From contig NC_020304.1 in assembly GCF_000341395.1 (NCBI RefSeq), forward strand, positions 180,001 through 212,000: a stretch of DNA of 32,000 nucleotides, given 5' to 3'. This document shows, one piece after another, positions 9,373 through 18,897 of this stretch. The notes under the pieces are model-generated. The model worked only from the letters and a program-made list of their open reading frames with translations, was not told the DNA's origin and ran no database searches. Numbering within the stretch: position 1 is the first letter of the stretch; each line of letters begins with the position of its first letter. The stretch is from Desulfocapsa sulfexigens DSM 10523 (lineage in GTDB: Bacteria; Desulfobacterota; Desulfobulbia; Desulfobulbales; Desulfocapsaceae). The translations under genes and the position numbers were made by a program.

Positions 9373-11379
9373 ATGACAGAGATAAAAAGAACTATTTGCC
9401 CACTCGACTGCCCGGACAGTTGCGGAATTGACGCTACGGTTAAAAACGGAAGGATCGTTAAGCTTAACGGCGCCAAGGATCATCCGATCACTGCCGGTTT
9501 TATCTGTCGTAAGATGCAGCGCTATCACCACCGGATCCACTCCGAACAACGGATTCTCTACCCTCAGAAAAGAATCGGCCAGAAGGGCAAAGGACAGTTT
9601 ACAAGAATCAGCTGGGAGGAGGCCTGGGAGATTCTGGTCAACCGACTGACGGCAATACAAAGCGAATATGGCGGAGAGGCATTACTGCCTTATTCCTACG
9701 CCGGGAATATGGGGCTGATTAACCGCTGGGCAGGATATCCGTTTTTTCACCGCTTTGGCGCCTCTCAACTGGATCACACAATCTGTTCCGCTGCAGCAGA
9801 AGCCGGATGGAACAGACACTGCGACGGCATCTCGGGAAGCCCTCCGGAAACAGTCGTAGATGCCGACCTGGTGATTATCTGGGGAATAAATCTCAAGGTC
9901 ACCAATGTCCACTGCTGGCCATTTATCCAGAAGGCCCTTCGCAGGGGAGCAAAACTTGTCGTCGTCGATCCCTACAGAACCGCCACCGCCCACGCTGCAG
10001 ATTACTATTTCCCTGTAACACCTGGGGGTGACACGGCCCTGGCTCTTGGTGCTGTAAAACAGCTCCTTGAAAACAATGGAATTGATTCCAGTTTTATCCA
10101 ATCGGAAACTGAAAATTTCCATGATCTTGTGGCCTACCTCAATACGATCTCATGGGAGACTATCTGCGACCAATCGGGACTTGACCGCGATACAATAGGA
10201 CAATTCGCAAATTTGATCCAGGCGCACCCCAAAACATTCATCCGTATAGGGATAGGCCTAACGCGTAACAGCAGAGGTGCCATGTCCGTACAGGGGATAA
10301 CCTGTCTTGCGGCGGTAAGGGGCCTCTTTGACGGCTCACCGGGAAAGGGCGTTTTATTATTCAGTCGGGGGTTCAGGGGGGACTCGGCAAGACTCACCTA
10401 CCCCTCCCTTGCACCATTGCCAACCCGTAAGATAAACATGGTCCAGCTGGGAGAAGCTTTAACGGTGCTGCAGCCACCTGTTAAGGCATTGATGGTCTAC
10501 TCCAGTAATCCGCTGAGCGTCGCTCCGGACGCCTCAATGGTGCGAAGAGGCTTGTCCCGTTCCGATCTCTTTTGCATCGTCCATGAACAGGTTATGACAC
10601 CCACCGCCCGATATGCCGATCTGTTATTACCGGCAACAACTTCCTTTGAGAATAGTGATCTGTACGGATCCTATGGCCATTTCTACATGGGAAAAGTAGA
10701 TCCTGTCCTACCGCCACAGGGAGAATCCATCAGTAACTTTGACCTCTTTCAGTCCCTGGCCCGGAGGATGGGATACACCGATGCACCCTTCAGGCAAACA
10801 ATTGATGAACGTATCCTGGACTACCTCTCAACCATTGATGGTATCTCCGTCACCGACCCTGAAGCCGGTACCTGGATCCATTCCAGTTACGGAAAGTCAG
10901 GAGAATCACTGTTTGGCCGGGAGAAGAAAAAATTCCAGTTTGCACCACTCTCAGTCCTCAAGGAAAAGAATGTTGCACGATTATTAGCAGCAACGGAGGC
11001 TGAGGATCCCGATCTCAGATCACGCTACCCGTTTTTATTGATCACACCGCCTAATACGAATTTGCTGAACAGTACATTCGGAGAGCAATATCCCGGAGAA
11101 ACCGGCACGGTTCTGATTCATCCCGATGATGCAGGAATACATGGTGTTAGCAACGGCAAGAAACTTACCCTCTCCAATGGACGCGGCGAAGTTACCAGAA
11201 TCGCGGCAATAAGCAGAGACACTCAGTCAGGACTGCTGGTCGCAGAGGGAATTTATTGGGAATCCGAAAGTGTAACGGGTGGAATTAATGATTTAACATC
11301 CCAGAAACTGACGGATAGTGGCGGTGGTGGAATATTTCATGAATCCCGTGTTTCCCTCCGCACAGATACCAACACATGA
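9373..11379 (+). CDS. Molybdopterin (MopB superfamily) oxidoreductase, cytoplasmic, with an N-terminal 4Fe-4S domain
   Basis: ATG at 9373 lies 1 nt after the MMPL stop. N-terminus CPLDCPDSCG...GFICRK (Cx2Cx3C...C cluster motif). MopB core (LVIIWGINL, KLVVVDPYRT). C-terminal molydopterin-binding barrel (VLIHPDDA...GEVTRIAAIS). No twin-arginine signal. Confidence 0.9.
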   Translation: MTEIKRTICPLDCPDSCGIDATVKNGRIVKLNGAKDHPITAGFICRKMQRYHHRIHSEQRILYPQKRIGQKGKGQFTRISWEEAWEILVNRLTAIQSEYGGEALLPYSYAGNMGLINRWAGYPFFHRFGASQLDHTICSAAAEAGWNRHCDGISGSPPETVVDADLVIIWGINLKVTNVHCWPFIQKALRRGAKLVVVDPYRTATAHAADYYFPVTPGGDTALALGAVKQLLENNGIDSSFIQSETENFHDLVAYLNTISWETICDQSGLDRDTIGQFANLIQAHPKTFIRIGIGLTRNSRGAMSVQGITCLAAVRGLFDGSPGKGVLLFSRGFRGDSARLTYPSLAPLPTRKINMVQLGEALTVLQPPVKALMVYSSNPLSVAPDASMVRRGLSRSDLFCIVHEQVMTPTARYADLLLPATTSFENSDLYGSYGHFYMGKVDPVLPPQGESISNFDLFQSLARRMGYTDAPFRQTIDERILDYLSTIDGISVTDPEAGTWIHSSYGKSGESLFGREKKKFQFAPLSVLKEKNVARLLAATEAEDPDLRSRYPFLLITPPNTNLLNSTFGEQYPGETGTVLIHPDDAGIHGVSNGKKLTLSNGRGEVTRIAAISRDTQSGLLVAEGIYWESESVTGGINDLTSQKLTDSGGGGIFHESRVSLRTDTNT

Positions 11380-12209
11380 AAAAAACATCCAACAGGTTCC
11401 TGTTCTCCCAGGCGGATAAACTGGCGCTACTTGCCTTTCTTATCACAATTCCACTCCTTGCAATGGGAAGTGCACTAGCCCCAACACCTCTTATTCTCTA
11501 CCTCCTGCTCTGTGTATCTGCCCCATTTTTCCCGCAATGGGGTTTTTTTCTTCCTATAATAAGCAGGAGTATCAGCGGAAGCAGAGCGGTTGCCCTCACC
11601 TTCGACGATGGCCCCTCACCGGTAACCACTCCAATCATTTTAGATTTACTAAAAGAATATGACTTCAAGGCCACCTTTTTTGTAATTGGAAAAAAGGCCG
11701 AGAGATATCCAGAGCAGATAAAAGCTATTCTTGCAGCAGGTCACACCATTGGAAACCACTCATGGCAGCATGACAATCTGCTGATGCTGAGAACAAAAAA
11801 ACGACTGGGAGAGGATATCAGGAAAACCCAGGAAATTCTAAAAACCTATGGCATCCACCCTCTGCTCTTCAGACCGCCTGCAGGAGCCACAAATCCTCGA
11901 CTCCAATCGGTACTGCTTACCGAAGGCCTCCAAACCGTCACCTTCAGCTGTCGTCCTTTCGATCGTGGAAACAGGAAAATCACCAATCTTGCCGAACGCA
12001 TCAGCAGCAAACTTAAACCCGGCGACATTATCCTTCTTCATGATCTTGAGCCGCAAAATGCTGAGCTGACAGACACCTGGGAAAAGGAACTCAATATCCT
12101 GTTTTCCTATCTCAAAAAGAGCATTTATAAAGTAGAACCACTTGCAAAACTTATTCATTCGGAGGTAATGCTTGGCATTCCCCCTGCGAGTAGAAAGAGA
12201 AAAAAATAA
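11376..12209 (+). CDS. Polysaccharide deacetylase (NodB homology domain) with N-terminal membrane anchor
   Basis: ATGA overlap with the upstream stop. Two N-terminal TM helices. NodB motifs ALTFDDGP and GNHSWQH, then LFRPPAG. Confidence 0.88.
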   Translation: MKKTSNRFLFSQADKLALLAFLITIPLLAMGSALAPTPLILYLLLCVSAPFFPQWGFFLPIISRSISGSRAVALTFDDGPSPVTTPIILDLLKEYDFKATFFVIGKKAERYPEQIKAILAAGHTIGNHSWQHDNLLMLRTKKRLGEDIRKTQEILKTYGIHPLLFRPPAGATNPRLQSVLLTEGLQTVTFSCRPFDRGNRKITNLAERISSKLKPGDIILLHDLEPQNAELTDTWEKELNILFSYLKKSIYKVEPLAKLIHSEVMLGIPPASRKRKK

Positions 12210-12271
12210 GGACCAGGAAGGAGAAAGGACTGTTTTTTTAGCAGACAAGCATCAAACCAATTATAACTGCC

Positions 12272-13495
12272 CTATATTTTTTTGAAAAAAGCCCTGCCAC
12301 AGGGTTTCCCGTCGAGATAGACAGCCTCAAGGCAGGAAAGTTTTCTGGGAAGCATTGCAGGTGTTGCCCGGGCAACTATAAAGTGGGCAGGCCTCCCCTT
12401 GGCAATAGGTCCGATCTCGTCAATGCCAAGGAGTTGGGTACCGTTGCCGGAAGCGGACTGTATTGCTTCAACCAGGGAATACCCAGCACTTATAAGAAGT
12501 CTTATCTCTTCGACAACGGACTCTCCGTGGATAACACCACGGCAGCCGGCATCTGTCCCAAGAGCAATTTTCACTCCGTATTGATGCGCCCTGCCTATCT
12601 GTTCCAACTGGTGATTCAGAGTTTTCACGATTACATCTTTTTTGCATCGTCCATCATCGAGTAAGTCCCAGTTATCAAGAATAGCTTTCATGGTGATGGC
12701 TGTTGGCACCCAGGTGATTTCCTTCTCAGCCATTCGCTTCAGGTTTTCCTCCCCCATGAAAAAACCGTGTTCAAGAGAATCACAGCCGCCATCCAATGCT
12801 ATACGGACGGGCTCCCGGCCATTGGCGTGAACCATCAGTTTCTTCCCCTTCTCTCTGGTAATGGCCGCTATCTGCTGTATCTCTTCTACGGAAAACTGGG
12901 GTTCTGTTTCACGGGCGAATTCCGTGAAACTGTTCAGGCCGGAGTTGATCATTTTTATATGATCAACGGAATCTATCCTTCTAGCCACCGCAGTTCCAAT
13001 GCTCTCTCCTTCTCCAGAATGGTCCCCGATAAAAGCGCCATAGCGGCCATCCCGATACCACGCCGGGCCGGGACTCTTCACTATCACCGGAACCCGTGTG
13101 TCGCCTCCCTCGGTTTCCTCTGTATACCGCAGAACATCTCCATTAGAATCACCGCCATCGCGTACTGCCAGCACACCGTGTAAAAAAAGATAATGCAAAT
13201 GATCTTGAATGGATATGCGGCGATCCCGGTAGCCGGCTGTCAGCTGTCGTTGTCTCTTTCTCAAGTCAGTGGAACCCGACATGGCAAGATGGACATGGCA
13301 ATCAACCAGAGGAGGCAGGATGGTACAATGAGACAGATCGGTGATCAGGGGTGAATCGGGATGGTCACTGTCGCTAAAGTCATCAATCTCCACAAGAATG
13401 GAATCCTTCACCGTCACCAAAACATTTTCTCGAACCGGTCCACCACTGCCGTCAATCATCCAGCCGGCTTTAACATAGTGAATCCCTCCGGACAT
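12272..13495 (-). CDS. Metal-dependent amidohydrolase family protein
   Basis: HxH motif (LVDCHVHLAMSG), later HANG and LGTDAG motifs. I prefer the ATG at 13495, which lies 1 nt after the upstream stop; the track start at 13516 is a TTG. Confidence 0.85.
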   Translation of the reverse strand: MSGGIHYVKAGWMIDGSGGPVRENVLVTVKDSILVEIDDFSDSDHPDSPLITDLSHCTILPPLVDCHVHLAMSGSTDLRKRQRQLTAGYRDRRISIQDHLHYLFLHGVLAVRDGGDSNGDVLRYTEETEGGDTRVPVIVKSPGPAWYRDGRYGAFIGDHSGEGESIGTAVARRIDSVDHIKMINSGLNSFTEFARETEPQFSVEEIQQIAAITREKGKKLMVHANGREPVRIALDGGCDSLEHGFFMGEENLKRMAEKEITWVPTAITMKAILDNWDLLDDGRCKKDVIVKTLNHQLEQIGRAHQYGVKIALGTDAGCRGVIHGESVVEEIRLLISAGYSLVEAIQSASGNGTQLLGIDEIGPIAKGRPAHFIVARATPAMLPRKLSCLEAVYLDGKPCGRAFFKKI

Positions 13496-13496
13496 A

Positions 13497-14087
13497 TCAG
13501 AGAATTTTTTGTCCAATCAGGTTTTCACCACGCCCGAGTTTAGCACCAAAATCATCTGCCAGTTGAAAATGGCCCTCATTGGGTCCAGACGAGCCAGGTA
13601 ACTGAACCGGAGCGTCAACCCCTCCAAGCCAGCGCATTCCAAGAAACTGAGCTGTGGCTTCAAGCGCCATCTGCACATTACGGGAACTATGCATGATATT
13701 CAGCCCTGAATGAGTGGATGCAACCGCCAACCCCTTACCGGCAAGATCCGACGAAAAGTCCGGATTTAAGGTATCCGACCAGCGATCGAGAAAAGTCTTC
13801 AGTTTACCGGAAAGTTGATACCAGTAAATGGGAGTGGCCAGCAGGATGATATCTGCACTCAATAACTTTTCTTTGAGCACCCCCATATCATCATCTCCCG
13901 CCTTGCTGAAATCATTTTGTAGAGCATCTCCAAAATAGTTCAGCCAGACATCCGTCACTGTATAATCATAAATATGCACCAGTTCCGTTGCCGCCCCCTG
14001 CTGTTCTGCTGCCCGAAGAACGCGATCCACCAGTGCCTTGCTGTTTCCATTTTTGTCTGGACTACCGTGTACTGAGAAGATTTTCAT
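13497..14087 (-). CDS. Flavodoxin-fold NAD(P)H-dependent FMN reductase
   Basis: MKIFSVHGSPDKNGNSKALV...ADIILLATPIYWYQLSGKLKTFLDRW is the typical FMN_red/NADPH-quinone reductase pattern. AGGAG Shine-Dalgarno sequence upstream of the ATG. Confidence 0.85.
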   Translation of the reverse strand: MKIFSVHGSPDKNGNSKALVDRVLRAAEQQGAATELVHIYDYTVTDVWLNYFGDALQNDFSKAGDDDMGVLKEKLLSADIILLATPIYWYQLSGKLKTFLDRWSDTLNPDFSSDLAGKGLAVASTHSGLNIMHSSRNVQMALEATAQFLGMRWLGGVDAPVQLPGSSGPNEGHFQLADDFGAKLGRGENLIGQKIL

Positions 14088-14308
14088 AGATTGCTCCTGT
14101 ATCGGTTAAGGTGAGTAAACTAAAACTGCCACGATCAAAACATTGCCACAATGTGGTGATTAGTCAATGTTCTTTTTTTAAACTCCGTTCTTTGACGATT
14201 GGCCACAAAGGCTTGATGATACTTTATGACCATGGTATTTAAGATAATTCTCTGTCCGAACAATTAGCCTCCACTGGCCACTACGAACAAAAACATCTTG
14301 GACACCCT

Positions 14309-15745
14309 ATGACGACAACACTCTACTGGCATGATTATGAAACCTGGGGTGCAGATCCCAGAAGAGACCGGCCTGCCCAATTTGCAGGCATCCGTACCGA
14401 TATCAATTTAAATATTATCGGCAAACCGATGATGAACTACTGTAAACCTGCACTCGATATGCTTCCCCAGCCAGAAGCCTGTCTCATTACAGGGATCACA
14501 CCCCAGACAGCCATGGAAGAAGGGCTCTGTGAAGCCGAATTCATGGCTGAGATTTATCATGAATTCATACAGCCAGGCACCTGTGGGGTTGGCTACAACA
14601 GCATTCGGTTTGATGATGAATTCACCCGCTACGGCCTCTATCGAAATTTTTACGACCCCTACGCCAGAGAATGGCGCAACGGGAATTCACGCTGGGACAT
14701 CATTGATATGCTCCGCCTTACCCGTGCGCTTCGTCCGGAAGGCATTGAATGGCCGACCAATGAAGAGGGCGTCACCAGCTTTCGCCTTGAGGATTTAACA
14801 CGGGCAAACAGTATCAGCCACGAAGGTGCCCATGATGCCCTTTCCGATGTCCACGCTACCATTGAGTTGGCACGGCTGATACGTACCCGTCAGCCGAAAC
14901 TCTATAATTATCTCTTTGATATGCGGGACAAGCGCAAAGTCGGAAGCAACTTAAATATCCAGGAGCAACTGGTTGTTCTCCATGTTTCCTCCATGTATCC
15001 TGCAAAACAGGGCTGCATCTCCCCTGTTATTCCCCTGGCCGCACACCCAATAAACAAAAACGGTATAATCGTCTACGATCTGCGCCACGACCCGTCCCCC
15101 CTCCTCACCCTGGCAGTGGATGAAATCAAGAAACGTTTATTCACCAGAAGCGAAGATCTACCCGAGGGAGTGGAGCGTATCCCACTAAAAACCATCCATC
15201 TTAACAAAAGCCCGGTGGTGGTTCCAATGAGCACCCTGACCCCGGAAGCTGCAGAATGCTGGGGAATAAATCTTAAGAACATTGAAACACATGCAAAACA
15301 ACTCAGAGGGCTGCCAGATCTGAGCAGAAAGCTGCAACAGGTTCACGGGGATCAGCAATTTCCTCCCATTACGGATCCTGATCAGAATCTCTATGGTGGG
15401 GGTTTTTTCTCCGACAGAGATCGGGCTCTGATGGAAGATATTCATGATATGTCGATAAACGATCTGGCCAAAACCCGTATGAAGTTTGAGGATCCCCGTC
15501 TTTCAGAGATGCTGTTCCGCTACCGCGCCCGAAACTGGCCCCACTCCCTTTCCCAGGAAGAACGTGTCCGATGGAACACGTTTCGTCACAACCGTGTTAC
15601 CAATCCCGATGCCGACTGCGGAATCACCCTTTCAGAATACCGTAAACAACTGGCCAAAAAGGTGATGCAACCCGATGTAAAGGAGCGTGAGCGAAAAATT
15701 ATTTCAGCTCTGGCTGACTGGCCGACACTGCTTGGACTCTCGTAA
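14309..15745 (+). CDS. sbcB: Exodeoxyribonuclease I
   Basis: N-terminus TLYWHDYETWGADPRRDRPAQFAGIRTD, DEDDh motifs (YNSIRFDDEF, HDALSDV) and a size of 478 aa match ExoI. Confidence 0.95.
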   Translation: MTTTLYWHDYETWGADPRRDRPAQFAGIRTDINLNIIGKPMMNYCKPALDMLPQPEACLITGITPQTAMEEGLCEAEFMAEIYHEFIQPGTCGVGYNSIRFDDEFTRYGLYRNFYDPYAREWRNGNSRWDIIDMLRLTRALRPEGIEWPTNEEGVTSFRLEDLTRANSISHEGAHDALSDVHATIELARLIRTRQPKLYNYLFDMRDKRKVGSNLNIQEQLVVLHVSSMYPAKQGCISPVIPLAAHPINKNGIIVYDLRHDPSPLLTLAVDEIKKRLFTRSEDLPEGVERIPLKTIHLNKSPVVVPMSTLTPEAAECWGINLKNIETHAKQLRGLPDLSRKLQQVHGDQQFPPITDPDQNLYGGGFFSDRDRALMEDIHDMSINDLAKTRMKFEDPRLSEMLFRYRARNWPHSLSQEERVRWNTFRHNRVTNPDADCGITLSEYRKQLAKKVMQPDVKERERKIISALADWPTLLGLS

Positions 15746-15779
15746 GAATTCCCACCTCAATCCGGGTCTGGGATATTCC

Positions 15780-16826
15780 TTAAAGGTGACCAAGCAGGGT
15801 ATAAATCATCTGCTGCCCCTTCCCCTTCATCTCAACCTCTTTTCCATTACTCAGGAGGAAACTGTCCTTCAGCAGTTCATAGCTTGCACTGGAGACATTT
15901 ATCTGCAAAGGCTGAGCAGATTTTTCTACTCGGGCAGCGATATTAACAGTATCACCAAAAATATCGTAGAGGTACTTCTCTGTTCCGACAACTCCGCCCA
16001 CCAATGGGCCGCTACTGATGCCGACACGAATCTCCCAGGAAATGCCAACCCTCCGGTTTCGTTCCTTAAGAAACTCAACCATTTTCAGCGCCGCCCTGGC
16101 AACATTCACCGCATGATCCGGATCCGGCGTGGGTACCCCGCTCACAAAAAGATAGGCGTCCCCTATGGTCTTCATCCGCTCACAATTTCCAGCATGGGTA
16201 ATCTTATCAAAAGCAGTGAAAATTTCATTGAGTTCACGAATAATCACCCCCGGGGAAAGCTCCGATGAAGCTGAGGTAAAATCAACAATATCAGCAAAAC
16301 AGACCGTGGTATCGGTGAAGAGTTGTGGGGCGTAGCCTCCCGTGGCTAAAAGTTCCTGCACAACAGATTCCGGAAGGACATGTCCCAGCAAACGCTCTGT
16401 TTTCAGTTTCTCAACAATCAGCTGCTGATTTTTTTCCTCAAGTTCATCCTGAAGATGTTGAATTCTAAGATGTGTGCGAACCCTGAGCAACACCTCCGAG
16501 GGCTGAAAGGGCTTGGTAATATAGTCGATCCCTCCCGCCTCAAACCCTTCGACCTTATCCCTGGGAGAGTCAAGAGTACTGATAAAAATGATAGGAATAT
16601 TCTTTGTACGATGATCTCCCTTCAACTGCCTGCAGACCTTATACCCATCAATCTCCGGCAGAATAATATCGAGCAAAATGAGATCGGGTAGATATTCCTG
16701 GGCGTGCTCAATTCCAATTTCACCAGAATCAGCTGTGAGAACGGTATAATCCTGTTTTTCAAGGAGCTTGGCCAAAAGCCTCTGCATAACAGGAGAATCT
16801 TCGACAATCAGTATGGTTTTCAGCAT
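15780..16826 (-). CDS. Response-regulator receiver fused to a class III adenylate/guanylate cyclase
   Basis: REC (ILIVEDSPV...DLILLDIILPEIDG...KPF). Cyclase motifs VCFADIVDFT, KTIGDAYLFVSG and FGDTVNIAARVE. Confidence 0.9.
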   Translation of the reverse strand: MLKTILIVEDSPVMQRLLAKLLEKQDYTVLTADSGEIGIEHAQEYLPDLILLDIILPEIDGYKVCRQLKGDHRTKNIPIIFISTLDSPRDKVEGFEAGGIDYITKPFQPSEVLLRVRTHLRIQHLQDELEEKNQQLIVEKLKTERLLGHVLPESVVQELLATGGYAPQLFTDTTVCFADIVDFTSASSELSPGVIIRELNEIFTAFDKITHAGNCERMKTIGDAYLFVSGVPTPDPDHAVNVARAALKMVEFLKERNRRVGISWEIRVGISSGPLVGGVVGTEKYLYDIFGDTVNIAARVEKSAQPLQINVSSASYELLKDSFLLSNGKEVEMKGKGQQMIYTLLGHL

Positions 16827-17167
16827 ACAGTTACGTTCAGGAAAGTTAACGTTAGACTGTCCATCATCGATGCACAGAAAATCACTATTTCACCATTAAC
16901 AGTATCAGGGAAACACTAGAAATACCACTATTTGCAGACAATTTTTTCTCACTTTTATCTTCAGCTTCAGAAATGGAGCAGCAAGAAAAGCGCTTAACCA
17001 ACCACAACAACTAAAATAATATTTTTTTTACTGAACACAGAGTACAAACAAGCCAATTCCAGACCTGCAGGAAAATGTCGCTTGGCGCAGAGGCAAATTA
17101 ATGCTTTAATGGGGTATAGTAGTTGTTTGTCAGGAACTATACATTTACCAGGAAATAATTCCACCAT

Positions 17168-18865
17168 ATGAAACTGCTCCTCCTCCAGGTTCTCTTTTTC
17201 GTAAAAAACGAAAAGGCGAAGAAAAACGTTTATCTTCTGACCCGTTTCCTCTTTTTTCTCACTTTTATCATTTCTCTGTACAGCGTCCTTTTCCACCTTA
17301 TCATGCTTTATGAAGGAAGGGATTTCAGCTGGATTACCGGTTTTTACTGGACGCTCACGGTCATGTCCACCCTGGGTTTTGGTGACATTACCTTCTCCAC
17401 CGATCTTGGGCTTCTCTTTACCCTCCTTGTTCTGATATCAGGAGTTATCCTGCTCCTGATCATGCTGCCATTCACCTTCATTCAATTCTTCTGGGCACCC
17501 TGGCTTGAGGCTCAGAATGAAACGCGTATTCCACGGATCCTGCCAAAAGAAACAAAAGAGCATGTCATCATACCGACCTTTGATGCTCTCACCAGAAACC
17601 TTGTGGAAAAGCTCAGGAAACATCTCTATGACTATTGTTTTGTTACCGCTGATCAACAACTGGCCCATGAGATACAGGACAGCGGATACAACGTTATTTT
17701 TGGAGAAATCGACGACCCGCAGACCTATGATAATATAAATGCCGACCAGGCTGCACTGGTAGTAACCACTGCCGACGACCTGATGAATACAAATATCTCA
17801 TTTACTGTACGAGAAGTCAGCAGTAAAGTCCCCATAGCCTGTAGCGCCGACCAGGAACACTCCCTGGATATCCTTAATTATCCTGGCAACATCCATGTGT
17901 TTCTGTTTATGAAGATGCTTGGCATCAATATGGCCGAAAAAACCATGCCCGTTGCAGGTACTCATATAATCGGCAGGTTTGAGGAACTGCGTGTTGGAGA
18001 GATCCCCGTCAGAGACACAGCCCTTGTCGGAAAAACGCTCGCCGAATCCCGACTCAGGAACGATCTTGGGATAACGGTTATCGGTATCCTGGAAAAGGGC
18101 AAGATATTGACTCCCGATCCCCAGGCAAAACTCTCTGTGACCAATATTCTCATCATTGCCGGGAGTGCCACAGAACTGGAAAATGCGGGAAAATATCTCG
18201 TGACACCACCCTCACAGCCACTCCCCAGACCAACCGTCCTTATCCTTGGTGGCGGCAGAGTTGGCGAAGCAGCTGCCGGATATTTAGAGGCAAAGAATGT
18301 CCCCTATATCATAATTGAGAAACGGCAAAACGTGGGAACAAATCACGATCATCACATCCATGGTGATGCGGCCGATATCAACACATTGCAAGAAGCTGGC
18401 ATCGACAAGGCATCGTCTGTAATCATCACCACCCATAATGATGCCATGAACATCTATCTCGCCTTTTACTGTCGGCAACTCAGGCCTGATATTCAAATTA
18501 TAAGCCGGGCTGGTGAAGAACGTACCGTATCCAAACTCTTCCGGGCGGGTGCAGACCTCGTGGATTCTTTCGCATCAATGGGAGCTACTGCCATAATGAA
18601 CATCCTCCACCCGACTGATACTTCCTTCTTTTCGGACGCGCTCAATGTCTTTCTAGTACCAACCCCTGAAGCATTTATAGGAAAGACATTGACCGAGCTC
18701 CGGATGCGGGAAAAAACGAGCTGCAGTCTGCTGGCGGTAAAAAACGAAGGATCATTCATGACAAATCCCGATCCGACAACAATTTTTGACGACAGTTACG
18801 AATTAATCCTGGCAGGATCAATTGAAGCAGAAGAACAGTTCCGCCGGGAATATCTGAAAAAATAA
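17168..18865 (+). CDS. 2TM potassium channel with tandem RCK (TrkA-N/TrkA-C) domains
   Basis: Selectivity filter TLGFGDITF between two TM helices. The second RCK has GGGRVG. The first RCK-like domain has IIPTFDALT in place of GxGxxG. Two TrkA-C-like segments. Confidence 0.9.
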   Translation: MKLLLLQVLFFVKNEKAKKNVYLLTRFLFFLTFIISLYSVLFHLIMLYEGRDFSWITGFYWTLTVMSTLGFGDITFSTDLGLLFTLLVLISGVILLLIMLPFTFIQFFWAPWLEAQNETRIPRILPKETKEHVIIPTFDALTRNLVEKLRKHLYDYCFVTADQQLAHEIQDSGYNVIFGEIDDPQTYDNINADQAALVVTTADDLMNTNISFTVREVSSKVPIACSADQEHSLDILNYPGNIHVFLFMKMLGINMAEKTMPVAGTHIIGRFEELRVGEIPVRDTALVGKTLAESRLRNDLGITVIGILEKGKILTPDPQAKLSVTNILIIAGSATELENAGKYLVTPPSQPLPRPTVLILGGGRVGEAAAGYLEAKNVPYIIIEKRQNVGTNHDHHIHGDAADINTLQEAGIDKASSVIITTHNDAMNIYLAFYCRQLRPDIQIISRAGEERTVSKLFRAGADLVDSFASMGATAIMNILHPTDTSFFSDALNVFLVPTPEAFIGKTLTELRMREKTSCSLLAVKNEGSFMTNPDPTTIFDDSYELILAGSIEAEEQFRREYLKK

Positions 18866-18897
18866 ATGGAGCCGTAATATTTGGCTGAACACAACTG

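Noticed and set aside
14199-14215. Sigma-54-like TGGCCACAAAGGCTTG upstream of sbcB, plus several GCCAC repeats and a CCACAATGTGG palindrome in 14130-14290.
   Set aside because: The GG-to-GC spacing is 10 rather than the 12 required for a -24/-12 promoter. The short GCCAC repeats are too degenerate to call without comparative data.
16994-17296. 100-aa minus-strand ORF spanning the K+ channel start region.
   Set aside because: It overlaps the channel N-terminus, which is required for TM1, and the intergenic promoter region. It has a low-complexity Lys/Glu-rich composition and no motifs.
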